DNA from: a virus
Length of the DNA stretch: 16,082 nt
Virus genome (UHGV): UHGV-0136597
Strand: one strand, 5' to 3'
Shown here: positions 1-8,147 of the stretch, one piece after another
Layout of the letters: each line of letters begins with the position of its first letter
Numbering within the stretch: position 1 is the stretch's first letter
The notes under the pieces: model-generated
The model's database searches: none
Seen by the model: the letters and a program-made list of their open reading frames with translations, nothing else
What the model was told of the DNA's origin: nothing
Program-made: the position numbers and the translations under genes

Positions 1-1503
1 GTCTTCAGATATACGTAACGGACCATTGCCATTTTTCATCTCATCGATGGCATCCATCATCGGATCAAGCTGGTCGTCGTGCGTATTGAAATCAGGATTA
101 ATGGCTTCCATCTCAACGAGGAAGTCGTTGATGAATGGTGCGCTGCTTGGCAACTTGATGTAACCGGATTCGATATAACCCTGTACGTCCATCAGTCGCG
201 TGTACTTATCCTTATCGCGCTGAATTGCTTTGATGGGGCATATCGCTTTTTTACGGATGTTCTGTATCAGGCCTGTGCCAGATGACTTGTCCTCTATCGC
301 CATGTGGCGAAGCGGCCCATTCTTCAGAGTTTTGCACTTTTCCCAGAATGCAACAGCACGGCGTTGTAATTCATCGGCCTCCCATTTACCGCGAATCATA
401 TCGATCAGATAGATGTACCCGTCAGTACCAAGCCCCCAGTGCTCGAATACTGAGAAGTCGTTGACCTCTTTTGTTTTCTGTGCGGTGTCTCCATAGACGG
501 CACGCCATTGCATGGGAGGGAGTGCCGAATATTCACCAAACCATTCAGACTTAATAAGCCCCCCGCCTTTGGCGGTTGGTCGTTGCTGATAAAGAGCATT
601 CCATACAAGAGAACCGCGCTGTTTGCACTTCTCTACGAACTCTCTCGGCATGCGCTCAGGAAACAGAATTTCACCGGGATTGCGCAGTCGATACACATTA
701 CCGTTGAGTTCATGAATCTCTTCCTTTTCAGCCTCCATTGGGAAGCTAACTACGCGCCAGCGTTCCCCGCCCTCTTCAGCTAGTTTTAATAACTGTCCGG
801 CGAGATCGTTTTGATGCCAGCGCGTCAGGATGATGACAATTCCGTTTATCTTCGGGTCAACACGCGTGAAGAATGTCGTGTCATACCAGTCCATCACCGC
901 TTCCTGGTAAGTTGGAGACGATGCGGTTTTGTAATCTTTCGCGGGGTCATCAATAACCCCAATATTCATACCCTGCCCGGTGATACCACCGTTAACGCCA
1001 GCAGAACGATATGAGCCGCCGTGTAGTTCGCCTTTGGCATCAACGGGTTCCCATAGCTCGGTTTTGTTGATACCGCCAGCCAGACTACGACCGGAAGGAA
1101 TTTTTACATCAGGGAAAACATCAGCGTACTTGTCAGAGGTGATAATGCGTTTAACGTCACGGCTCATTCGGTCTGACAGGTCAGAAGAATATGAGCACGA
1201 GATCATGTTCCATGATGGGTGCTGCCCTAACACATACGCTGGGAAGCGGCGAGAGCACAACTCACTCTTTCCTGAGCGCGGAGGGGCAAACACCATTAGC
1301 CTGGGCATGTTTCCGGCTTTAACTTCATCCAGAAAGTAATCCAGCTCAGCGCAAAGCAGCTCGTTAAACCAGCCTGTTTCATATTGGGGGTTAGTGTACA
1401 AAGTGAAATCGAGAAGGTTTTTTCTTGCTGAGCGGATAGCTAGCTCTTTGTGCAACTCATAAATCTGAGCGTTTCGATTCAAGCTGATTGGAGCGCCTGC
1501 CAT
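1..1503 (-). CDS. Terminase large subunit (N-terminal about 500 aa; C-terminus lies beyond the window start)
   Basis: One minus-strand frame is open from the ATG at 1503 to position 1. AAGGAG lies 7 nt upstream of the ATG. Translation begins MAGAPISLNRNAQIYELHKE and contains a Walker A-like motif (FAPPRSGKSE) and an ILTRWHQNDL motif typical of terminase ATPases. Lies directly downstream of the small subunit. Absent from the ORF track because no stop is in the window. Confidence 0.85.
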   Translation of the reverse strand, partial: MAGAPISLNRNAQIYELHKELAIRSARKNLLDFTLYTNPQYETGWFNELLCAELDYFLDEVKAGNMPRLMVFAPPRSGKSELCSRRFPAYVLGQHPSWNMISCSYSSDLSDRMSRDVKRIITSDKYADVFPDVKIPSGRSLAGGINKTELWEPVDAKGELHGGSYRSAGVNGGITGQGMNIGVIDDPAKDYKTASSPTYQEAVMDWYDTTFFTRVDPKINGIVIILTRWHQNDLAGQLLKLAEEGGERWRVVSFPMEAEKEEIHELNGNVYRLRNPGEILFPERMPREFVEKCKQRGSLVWNALYQQRPTAKGGGLIKSEWFGEYSALPPMQWRAVYGDTAQKTKEVNDFSVFEHWGLGTDGYIYLIDMIRGKWEADELQRRAVAFWEKCKTLKNGPLRHMAIEDKSSGTGLIQNIRKKAICPIKAIQRDKDKYTRLMDVQGYIESGYIKLPSSAPFINDFLVEMEAINPDFNTHDDQLDPMMDAIDEMKNGNGPLRISED

Positions 1504-2044
1504 TACCAAGCTCCTTCAGTTTCTCTTCAAGTAACTCTTCTGACATATCGGCATAACGAACAGGACCGCCATCAGCGCCAGTTATTTCTGTAGATGTTTG
1601 CTCTTTAAACGCCTGAACAGAAACATGACGCCCGAGCAATTCAAGGTTTTTAACCTTATCAGGCCATTTGATTTTCTTCAGAAGTGCGGCGCTATCTGCT
1701 GATGCCATCTCGACGACATCCATTCCTGATAGCGTTGTACGCCACACCTTAGGCCAGTCTTTAATGGGTTTTAGCTCACCGTTTTGCAGGAGAATGTCGA
1801 GCACATCCATCTGATCGATTTCAAGAAGGCGATTAAGTACGTATTCTGCATTTATTCCAACAGAGTCATTGCGTTGTGCTTTCAATTCGGAGATTCTGAA
1901 TTGTATGTCAGGTTTTGACAGGTTTTCGGATGCGGTACGGTTGGCTGTTTTTGCGCTGTACCCCGCCCGAATAGCCGCTTGCGTGGCATTTAAATCGATG
2001 AGGTACTCGCGACAGAACATTTCTTGCTTGTCGGTGAGTGCCAT
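1457..2044 (-). CDS. Terminase small subunit (P27-type family, not lambda Nu1)
   Basis: 195-aa ORF starting MALTDKQEMFCREYLIDLNATQAAIRAGYS, the conserved N-terminus of this terminase small-subunit family (recalled from memory). Its 3' end overlaps the large-subunit start by 47 nt. Confidence 0.9.
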   Translation of the reverse strand: MALTDKQEMFCREYLIDLNATQAAIRAGYSAKTANRTASENLSKPDIQFRISELKAQRNDSVGINAEYVLNRLLEIDQMDVLDILLQNGELKPIKDWPKVWRTTLSGMDVVEMASADSAALLKKIKWPDKVKNLELLGRHVSVQAFKEQTSTEITGADGGPVRYADMSEELLEEKLKELGNGRRSNQLESKRSDL

Positions 2045-2068
2045 AGTTTTCTCTAGAGGATTTCTTTA

Positions 2069-2302
2069 ATGAACTCAAAGCAAATTTTTTACCGAAATAC
2101 AGGTCATGATAATGAAACTTATATATTCCTGGACAAATTGGACAATGGCTCCTACCAAGTCAGGGCTGGTCATTCGTCGCCTGTGAGCCATTTTGAATGG
2201 GAGGATGATGAAACCATTCAGACAGTGGAAGAGTTTCTAGGTTCTAACCCATCATATACTGAACGTGTTCATCAACTAATTTCTGAGTTTGAAGCAGAAT
2301 AG
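2069..2302 (+). CDS. Hypothetical 77-aa acidic protein, divergent from terS (moron-like)
   Basis: ATG with GAGGA about 10 nt upstream. No signal peptide or recognisable motif. Opposite orientation to the late operon, like lambda bor. Confidence 0.4.
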   Translation: MNSKQIFYRNTGHDNETYIFLDKLDNGSYQVRAGHSSPVSHFEWEDDETIQTVEEFLGSNPSYTERVHQLISEFEAE

Positions 2303-2757
2303 TAATCACCACCCAAGCGACTCAACTGCCGTCTAGTTCATCATCCAAAGGACTAAAAGTAGATTCCTGACATTGAGAACCTCTTTATCCGCTTGTGGGG
2401 ATATCAGTTAAGTTATCCCGTGTAGGGTATAAGCCATTGTCGAGACCACTCATTGAATGGTCTCTGCAATAACCGATGTCTTTCCATCAGTCCGCCACCA
2501 CAAAGAATCTTTTTTGCCATAAGGCTGGAGGTTCATCTTTCAGTGGCTGCCAGTGTTATTTCCCCACTTACTGGCTTGGGTTGTTTCGTGGTACTGCCGT
2601 TAACTGGTGGCGCACAAATTTAGTTAAATCCGTTCTCGCCTGAACTATCTTTTACATACCCGGATTGTGGGGATGTAAATCACGGTTTCATTATCAAGCC
2701 CACCAGTAGATGGGCTTTGTAATGAAGAGTTGTTATGAAAATTGCTCTAAACAAGCA

Positions 2758-3246
2758 TTAATAGCCATCAGAAGTAATCGCTACAGATTTCAATCCCTCA
2801 ATGTCATCCTTGGACAGGGCGAACCATTCACCGTGCTTTCTCTTTGCGGCAAATTTGCGATGAAGCATGTTTTCAGTTTCTCTTCCACCAGGGATCAGGC
2901 ACTCAAGCTTCAAGCAGTCTGGTCCAGAGTTGCCAAGCGATTTGATGCGTTGTGGAATGTTGGATGAATACCCAATTTTGGTTAGCCCAGTTTTCTTCGA
3001 TGACAAAACGTATACCTGAGGAGGTTCTTTTCTCTGGTCTTCCATTACACGTCTCATTGTTGCCATAAGTCCGCCGTGCATCAGCATTTCAACAAAGAAC
3101 GCTGACCGAACACCTGACGACTTAAGCATGCCAGAAAATTCACTTGCCAATTCCATTAACTCTGCGATGTTTTCAGGAACTTTTTGGCAGTTATCTTCCT
3201 TGTATAAGGAAATCATTCTTTGAAGCTTTTCTTCTAATTGGTTCAT
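2758..3246 (-). CDS. T5orf172-domain (GIY-YIG-like) protein with an unknown N-terminal domain
   Basis: C-terminal half (VYVLSSKKTGLTKIGYSSNIPQRIKSL...LHRKFAAKRKHGEWFAL) fits the T5orf172 pattern as I recall it. Start placed at the ATG at 3246 (MNQLEEK; AAGG-containing SD upstream); the ORF-track start at 3282 is a GTG. GC content is visibly lower than the flanks. Confidence 0.7.
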   Translation of the reverse strand: MNQLEEKLQRMISLYKEDNCQKVPENIAELMELASEFSGMLKSSGVRSAFFVEMLMHGGLMATMRRVMEDQRKEPPQVYVLSSKKTGLTKIGYSSNIPQRIKSLGNSGPDCLKLECLIPGGRETENMLHRKFAAKRKHGEWFALSKDDIEGLKSVAITSDGY

Positions 3247-3395
3247 AGCGTCTTTACCTTTTAGAAAGTGAGCCTGTCTCACAGAAAAGCCGCCCCGAGA
3301 TGGTCGCCACCATATACGGCAGTTCTCAGGCTCAACTTTCTGAAAGGCTCGGGTGATGTAATATGCGCGTGAGATGCGCTGTGAAATTCAGATGT

Positions 3396-3421
3396 AAAAA
3401 AAGCCCCGCATCGCGAGGCTC
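3396..3421 (-). terminator. Rho-independent terminator downstream of Rz
   Basis: On the minus strand, AGCCTCGC-GAT-GCGGGGCT stem-loop followed by TTTTTTT, about 30 nt after the Rz stop. Confidence 0.55.
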
Positions 3422-3451
3422 ATTAAATGGACTTTGTGATTTGCAAAAAAA

Positions 3452-3913
3452 TTATTTCAGGCATTGCGTCCTGATGTATTCCTGCAGGTAGTTAACCTGC
3501 GCGGTTATCTTGTCGATTCCACTTCGGAGACGGTAATAATTGAGTTCAGCATCTGCTGTAAGTCCTGGGCTTTCTCCATCGCCCATGCTGCTGGCTCCGG
3601 TCGTTGACTTTGCACAGGTGGCGGCGACTTGCAGGCGCTTACGCCCAGCAGAAACATCAGCACGGAGACTTTCGATAGTCGCGTTAGCATCAGCAAGCTC
3701 CTTTGTATATCTGGCATCGAGTTCTGCTACGTCACGTTGACGCTTCTGCATGTCAGAGATCGTCGCCATAGCCGAATCTAATGCCATAGCGTTTTCGTCG
3801 CGCTGTTTTTTGTATTCAATGGCTTTATTGTGGTAATGATTAGCTGACCAGACGAGAGAACCGAATAAAGTCAGGAGGAAAGCAGAAATAACCAGCTTAT
3901 AGCGAAGTTTCAT
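3452..3913 (-). CDS. Rz: Rz i-spanin
   Basis: Start [27 protein letters not shown] with GGGGTGG SD, overlapping the end of R as in lambda. N-terminal TM segment and coiled-coil-like body; ends ...YLQEYIRTQCLK, resembling lambda Rz. The ORF-track N-terminal extension is rejected. Confidence 0.85.
   Translation of the reverse strand: MKLRYKLVISAFLLTLFGSLVWSANHYHNKAIEYKKQRDENAMALDSAMATISDMQKRQRDVAELDARYTKELADANATIESLRADVSAGRKRLQVAATCAKSTTGASSMGDGESPGLTADAELNYYRLRSGIDKITAQVNYLQEYIRTQCLK
3505..3690 (-). CDS. Rz1: Rz1 o-spanin lipoprotein, embedded in the +1 frame of Rz
   Basis: Embedded ORF starting MLTRLSKVSVLMFLLGVSAC with lipobox-like VSAC, then a proline-rich mature region (KSPPPVQSQRPEPAAW), matching lambda Rz1 architecture. 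Confidence 0.65.
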   Translation of the reverse strand: MLTRLSKVSVLMFLLGVSACKSPPPVQSQRPEPAAWAMEKAQDLQQMLNSIITVSEVESTR

Positions 3914-4373
3914 TAACCACCCCGCCAGCTTCTTTGAATTTGGCAATCAGACTATCGATCTTGTGTTCATACTGACCGTAGCCAGCACCGGGCAATGAAG
4001 CCCAAATATTGCTGCAACGATCAATAGCCTGACGGATATCGCCACGATCAATCATCGGTAAAGCGCCACGCTCTTTAATCTGCTGCAGTGCAACAGCGTC
4101 CTGGCTTTTCGGAGAGAAGTCTTTCAGGCCAAGCTGCTTGCGGTAGGCATCCCACCAACGGGAAAGAAGCTGATAGCGACCGGCTGCTGTTGATTTGAGT
4201 TTTGGGTTTAGCGTGACAAGTTTGCGAGGGTGATCTGAGTAATCAGTGAATAGCTCTCCGCCTACAATGACGTCATAACCATGATTTCTGGTTTTCTGCC
4301 GTCCGTTATCAGTTCCCTCCGACCACGCCAGCATATCGAGGAACGCCTTACGTTGATTATTGATTTCCACCAT
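3897..4373 (-). CDS. R: Endolysin R (lambda-type lytic transglycosylase)
   Basis: 158 aa beginning [53 protein letters not shown], near-identical to lambda R as I recall it. Confidence 0.95.
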   Translation of the reverse strand: MVEINNQRKAFLDMLAWSEGTDNGRQKTRNHGYDVIVGGELFTDYSDHPRKLVTLNPKLKSTAAGRYQLLSRWWDAYRKQLGLKDFSPKSQDAVALQQIKERGALPMIDRGDIRQAIDRCSNIWASLPGAGYGQYEHKIDSLIAKFKEAGGVVNETSL

Positions 4374-4680
4374 CTTCTACTCCGGCTTTTTTAGCAGCGA
4401 AGCGTTTGATAAGCGAACCAATCGAGTCAGTACCGATGTAGCCGATGAACACGCTCGTTATATAAGCGAGATTGCTACTTAGTCCGGCGAGGTCGAGAAG
4501 ATCACGAATGAACCAGGCGATAATGGCGCACATCGTTGCGTCGATTACTGTTTTTGTAAACGCACCGCCATTATATCTGCCGCGAAGGTACGCCATTGCA
4601 AACGCAAGGATTGCCCCGATGCCTTGTTCCTTTGCCGCGAGAATGGCGGCTAACAGGTCATTTTTTTCTGGCATCTTCAT
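4357..4680 (-). CDS. S: Holin/antiholin S (dual start Met1/Met3)
   Basis: 107 aa beginning [39 protein letters not shown], near-identical to lambda S. The MKM dual-start motif is present; 3' end overlaps R by 17 nt. Confidence 0.95.
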   Translation of the reverse strand: MKMPEKNDLLAAILAAKEQGIGAILAFAMAYLRGRYNGGAFTKTVIDATMCAIIAWFIRDLLDLAGLSSNLAYITSVFIGYIGTDSIGSLIKRFAAKKAGVEDGGNQ

Positions 4681-4922
4681 GTCTTACCCCCAATAAGGGG
4701 ATTTGCTCTATTTAATTAGGAATATGGTCGGTTACTGATAGAACAAATCCAGGCTACTGTGTTTAGTAATCAGATTTGTTCGTGACCGATATGCACGGGC
4801 AAAACGGCAGGAGGTTGTTAGGGCAACCTCATGCCACCCGCTTTCACGAAGGTCATGCGTAGAATGCCGCAGCGTAACTATCACTGATGAATTCAGGATA
4901 GCCAGTGGCTACGGCTCAGTTA

Positions 4923-4998
4923 TGGTGCTGGTTAACGGACTTGAACCGCTACCCATTCGCTTACAAGGCGACTGCTCTACCATTGGAGCTAAACCAGC
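4923..4998 (-). tRNA. tRNA-Thr (anticodon UGU), phage-encoded
   Basis: Minus-strand 76 nt: 7-bp acceptor stem GCTGGTT/AACCAGC, D-arm GCTC-CAATGGTA-GAGC, anticodon loop CUUGUAA, 5-nt variable loop, T-arm AGCGG-TTCAAGT-CCGTT, discriminator A and encoded CCA. One G27-A43 mismatch. Hand-folded, not run through a tRNA finder. Confidence 0.55.
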
Positions 4999-5003
4999 AT
5001 ATT

Positions 5004-5078
5004 TGGCGGGACAGCGTGGACTCGAACCACGATAAGAAGGTTAACAGCCTTCCGTAATGACCTTTATACGACTGACCC
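5004..5078 (-). tRNA. tRNA-Asn (anticodon GUU), phage-encoded, atypical
   Basis: Minus-strand 75 nt: anticodon arm GAAGG-CUGUUAA-CCTTC, T-arm CGTGG-TTCGAGT-CCACG, encoded CCA. The acceptor stem has a T-T mismatch and the D-stem is only 3 bp, so it may be divergent or partly degenerate. Confidence 0.45.
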
Positions 5079-5124
5079 AAATAAAAAAAGCCACCGTTGC
5101 AACTTAAGAGTCACTAACGGCAGC
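5079..5124 (-). terminator. Hairpin plus U-tract (terminator-like) between the HNH gene and the tRNAs
   Basis: On the minus strand, GCTGCCGTT...AACGGTGGC (9 bp with 2 G-U pairs, large loop) followed by TTTTTTTATTT, starting 8 nt after the HNH stop and abutting the tRNA-Asn 5' end. Confidence 0.4.
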
Positions 5125-5132
5125 TTATATCT

Positions 5133-5645
5133 TTAAACGGTATGATATTTCATTCTGGCGGCCTCAAAAGCCACAGCGGCAAGTTCGGCAGTGTCATGGT
5201 ATCCAAGGTTAATACACTTTCCAGACGCATTAATTATTGCTCTCCATTTCCCGTACTTAGCATCCCAAGACACGCCACGGTATCCAGATTTATTATTCTT
5301 CTGAATTTTCCTGTTTTGCATATTTTCGGAATGAGTGACAAGACGAAGATTTGATATCCGGTTATCTGTTCTTACCCTGTTGATGTGATCAATAAAACCA
5401 TCGGGCATGGTGCCATAAACAATCAACCATGCCAGTCTGTGAGCAGGGTATGCTTTACCATTAATCATAATCATTAAATACCCATCAGAATTTATTGATG
5501 AGCATTTCTTGAAAGCAAAACGAGAGTTCCATGTCAAAGTGGTCCTCTCTCTCCCCTGCCTCCATCTCCAGTGAAAGTCGCCTGATGATGGATTGTAATC
5601 AACAACAGAAAGCACCATTTCTGGCGTTAATTTTATTTCTTTCAT
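5133..5645 (-). CDS. HNH homing-type endonuclease with C-terminal AP2 DNA-binding domain
   Basis: 170 aa with HNH motif (GFIDHINRVRTDNRISNLRLVTHSENMQNR) and AP2-like segment (SGYRGVSWDAKYGKWRAIINASGKCINLGYHDTAELAAVAFEAARMKY). AT-rich relative to the flanks. Confidence 0.85.
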   Translation of the reverse strand: MKEIKLTPEMVLSVVDYNPSSGDFHWRWRQGRERTTLTWNSRFAFKKCSSINSDGYLMIMINGKAYPAHRLAWLIVYGTMPDGFIDHINRVRTDNRISNLRLVTHSENMQNRKIQKNNKSGYRGVSWDAKYGKWRAIINASGKCINLGYHDTAELAAVAFEAARMKYHTV

Positions 5646-5766
5646 CGCTTTACCTTAGGGATAGAGCCTGTTCGCGTAGATATGACAGCCAAGAGCGGAG
5701 CGATGTTTCCACCACCATATCTCAGGCCCATATCACTAAGACTCTTGTTTTGATTGCACGCGAATG

Positions 5767-5791
5767 CAAAAAGCCCACAGGAGGTGGGCTT
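5767..5791 (-). terminator. tR'-like rho-independent terminator downstream of Q
   Basis: On the minus strand, AGCCCAC-CTCCT-GTGGGCT followed by TTTTT, about 50 nt after the Q stop. Confidence 0.55.
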
Positions 5792-5831
5792 GTGATGGTT
5801 GCTGAATGCAAAAGCAGCAGCATATGTGAAT

Positions 5832-5861
5832 ATTATGGCTAAATGGCTAATTGCATGTCAA
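5832..5861 (-). promoter_or_regulatory. Candidate late promoter pR' (TTGACA-18-CATAAT) overlapping the 3' end of Q
   Basis: On the minus strand, consensus -35 TTGACA (5856-5861) and -10 CATAAT (5832-5837) with an 18-bp spacer. The predicted start lies about 35 nt upstream of the terminator hairpin, giving a short 6S-like leader. Q-binding element not defined. Confidence 0.5.
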
Positions 5862-6357
5862 GGCTTTTAACGGCAACATGCTTAACTTTCTCAACACGTT
5901 TACGCATTTTGAAAGCATTTTGCATTGGCTGGTATAAAACAAATAATGACGCTTTCAGGATGTCGTCAATTTCGTTTCTACAGGTTGCCAGTGAAGGTTT
6001 TCTCCATCCCTCGCCACCACGTCCACACATCTTGCGTGGCTTTGCAGTCGCGTGATAGTAGGATGCAATTGCTCGCTTAGATGAACCATGAGCGTAGTAG
6101 CTGAGGAGGATGCCAAAGGCTTTCTTGTCAATGTACATGACGGAATCGACGACCTGAGAAATCAACATTCCATCATCATCATTGCACATTGGCCTTGTCA
6201 TAACTCTTCCCGGCTCTACGCTCTCCATGAACTTCGCTATTACGCTGCTCATGCGCTTTTCCAGACGACCTGAATAAACCCATGCGCCCCACAGTTCAAG
6301 CCAGCCATTCAGCCACTCGTGCTGCTCTTTGGTGAGGTTTAGTTCTCTTATGCCCAC
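5839..6357 (-). CDS. Q: Late-gene antiterminator Q (non-lambda Q family, 82/QuuD-like)
   Basis: 172 aa with [12 protein letters not shown] and [10 protein letters not shown] motifs that I associate with the Phage_antitermQ family. GTG start overlapping the phosphatase stop. Position between the nin region and pR'/lysis genes. Confidence 0.8.
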   Translation of the reverse strand: MGIRELNLTKEQHEWLNGWLELWGAWVYSGRLEKRMSSVIAKFMESVEPGRVMTRPMCNDDDGMLISQVVDSVMYIDKKAFGILLSYYAHGSSKRAIASYYHATAKPRKMCGRGGEGWRKPSLATCRNEIDDILKASLFVLYQPMQNAFKMRKRVEKVKHVAVKSLDMQLAI

Positions 6358-7016
6358 GCGCCTTCTCCCTGTACCTGAATCAATGTGAGGTTTCCGCAGA
6401 ACACTGCGCCGGTATCGATATACATCTGGTTGGCAAACTTGAGTAGTTTCACTGCTGGCGTATGACCAAAGATGAACGTGTCAGCTCCTTTGATTTCTTT
6501 CACGATCCCGTCTTGTGAGTTGCTGATTCGTTCGCGGTTCCAGATTACCTGCTGATGATCAACTGGCTTTCCAAATTCGTATTCGTCACAAGGATAATCG
6601 GCGTGGCAGATGACATATTTTTTACCTTCGCTCACCAGTTCGATGATTAACGGAAGTTCATCTGCTTTATGGGCAAGAGCTTTAGCCAGAATTTCTTTGT
6701 CGTAATCGAGATTAAAGAACCAGCCACCGCCATTAAACAGCCAGTGATTGACGTTTCCGTGCTCTGATAAGCCATCAATCATCATTTGCTCATGGTTTCC
6801 ACGTACAACTCGGAACCAGGGGAATGTGATTAATTCCAGACATTCGACGTTCTCTGTACCGCGATCGACCAAATCGCCAACCGAGATAAGCAGGTCTTTT
6901 TTGGTGTCGAATCCTATCGTCTCCAGTTTTTTCATCAGGTTCGTGTAGCATCCGTGCAGATCGCCAACTACCCAAATATTTCGGTATTTGCTGCCATCAA
7001 TTCTTTCGTAATAGCG
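6348..7016 (-). CDS. Ser/Thr protein phosphatase (lambda ORF221-type metallophosphatase)
   Basis: Starts [28 protein letters not shown] with GDLHG, GDLVDRG and GNHE metallophosphatase motifs, near-identical to lambda phosphatase as recalled. The 26-aa ORF-track extension overlaps ninH and is rejected. Confidence 0.9.
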   Translation of the reverse strand, partial: RYYERIDGSKYRNIWVVGDLHGCYTNLMKKLETIGFDTKKDLLISVGDLVDRGTENVECLELITFPWFRVVRGNHEQMMIDGLSEHGNVNHWLFNGGGWFFNLDYDKEILAKALAHKADELPLIIELVSEGKKYVICHADYPCDEYEFGKPVDHQQVIWNRERISNSQDGIVKEIKGADTFIFGHTPAVKLLKFANQMYIDTGAVFCGNLTLIQVQGEGAWA

Positions 7017-7203
7017 CATCTCTTTCACTCCATCCGCGATGAACCATGAGAACGTCGTTGACGATGGCGTGCATTTTCCCGTCTTTATCATCAACGTATT
7101 TTCTGACCGTGCCGCGACTACATTTCAGTCTGCGTGCTACTTCTGTCTGGTTTCCGTATGCTTCAACGAGCATGTCTGGAATGGTTTTTACTGAGAACGT
7201 CAT
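6997..7203 (-). CDS. ninH: NinH
   Basis: 68 aa, [37 protein letters not shown], matching lambda NinH as recalled. ATGA start/stop overlap with ninG. Confidence 0.9.
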   Translation of the reverse strand: MTFSVKTIPDMLVEAYGNQTEVARRLKCSRGTVRKYVDDKDGKMHAIVNDVLMVHRGWSERDALLRKN

Positions 7204-7805
7204 GCGGCCTCACTTCTGCTATTTCGCAGGTCTTTGAGTTTCTGTTGGTACTCTGCCTTGATCGCCTTGCACTCTTCGATAGTCCAGCGATGGCGGTTAT
7301 GGTTTGATTCGATTTCGTCTACTGCTTCCTGCCCGATGCGGATAATCAGTTCGACGCGATACGGAACGAGATTTCCACTTTTGTGCTGGTTGCACACCAC
7401 GCATTGCTTGTGAATATTGCGTTCATCAAATCGGAGTTGAGGTGCCGCAGCAGTTGTCCGGTAATGTCCGGCATCCCACTGAGCAGACGTGAGCGTTCCG
7501 CACGAGATACATGGTAAGTCGCGGTCTCTTTCTCTGATGAAGGCGTTTACGGCTTGTTGGGCTTGTTTAATCCAGTAACTGCGGGGCTTTAAGGCGAGTT
7601 TTCGAATCTTCAGTTTATCTTTCTGTTTCTGCTCCTCTCGTCGTCGTTTCTTCTCTGCTGCTTTTTCCGCTTTTTTTCGCTGTTTACTTTGTAGTTTGAG
7701 TGCTAACTGAGTTCCGTGTTCCGGGCAGCACCACCACTGATTTGAGAATGCCGGGTGAAACCATTCCTTGCATATTTTGCATTTCCTTCGCGCTGGTTTA
7801 GCCAT
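7200..7805 (-). CDS. ninG: NinG (Rap) recombination/Holliday-junction endonuclease
   Basis: 201 aa, [20 protein letters not shown]..., lysine/arginine-rich middle and Cys-rich C-terminal segment as in lambda NinG. Confidence 0.9.
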   Translation of the reverse strand: MAKPARRKCKICKEWFHPAFSNQWWCCPEHGTQLALKLQSKQRKKAEKAAEKKRRREEQKQKDKLKIRKLALKPRSYWIKQAQQAVNAFIRERDRDLPCISCGTLTSAQWDAGHYRTTAAAPQLRFDERNIHKQCVVCNQHKSGNLVPYRVELIIRIGQEAVDEIESNHNRHRWTIEECKAIKAEYQQKLKDLRNSRSEAA

Positions 7806-7968
7806 CGTCTTCTTCCTCGTACATTGAGCTATTCGGATCGCTCATCAGTTCTGCGCAGCAGTGCTCACACACGTGAACTTCCAGCACATGCAGCTTCTGG
7901 CCACAGTTAGCGCACGTTAAAGCTCGCTCGACGCTTTCTTGTTCGTAACTTCGATTTGGGTCAATCAC
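7798..7968 (-). CDS. ninF: NinF
   Basis: 56-aa ORF hand-translated from a GTG start (GAGGA SD; the GTG overlaps the ninE TGA): [56 protein letters not shown]. Its stop overlaps the ninG ATG. Too short for the ORF track. Confidence 0.75.
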   Translation of the reverse strand: MIDPNRSYEQESVERALTCANCGQKLHVLEVHVCEHCCAELMSDPNSSMYEEEDDG

Positions 7969-8147
7969 CTTGTTTTCCTCGCACGTTCTCTAAGCCACCG
8001 GATATCCCACAGGTGAGCCGTGTAATTGAAGGTTTTTACGTCAGATTCTTTTGGGATTGGCTTGCGTTTATTTCTGGAGCGCTTCGTTGGAAGGTATTTG
8101 CAGTTTTCGCAGATGATGTCGGTGATACTTCGTCGCTGTCGTCTCAT
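7965..8147 (-). CDS. ninE: NinE
   Basis: 60 aa from the internal Met of the listed [63 protein letters not shown], matching lambda NinE as recalled. Start overlaps the methyltransferase stop. Confidence 0.8.
   Translation of the reverse strand: MRRQRRSITDIICENCKYLPTKRSRNKRKPIPKESDVKTFNYTAHLWDIRWLRERARKTR

Noticed and set aside
79-1339. Six plus-strand ORFs of 60-119 aa (79-285, 230-412, 282-464, 508-783, 811-1014, 980-1339) and the minus-strand ORF 405-608
   Set aside because: They lie antisense to, or out of frame with, the continuous terminase large-subunit frame and have no SD or recognisable motifs; treated as shadow ORFs.
2380-2470. 28-codon minus-strand ORF (MNLQPYGKKDSLWWRTDGKTSVIAETIQ) in the non-coding stretch upstream of terS
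   Set aside because: Weak SD, very short, no coupling to neighbours; listed only as part of the non-coding packaging-site candidate region.
4700-5130. Possible Shiga-toxin or other toxin cargo between Q and S
   Set aside because: This is the stx slot in Stx phages, but no stxA/stxB-like ORFs are present; the space is taken by the HNH gene, two tRNAs and leader sequence.
6348-7094. ORF-track N-terminal extensions of phosphatase (to 7094), cII (to 13233), Rz (to 3946), Dam (to 8698), N (from 15137) and the cI-linked ORF (TTG at 14269)
   Set aside because: Each extension overlaps the upstream gene or a nut/operator site, and an internal start with a proper SD gives a protein matching the known family length.
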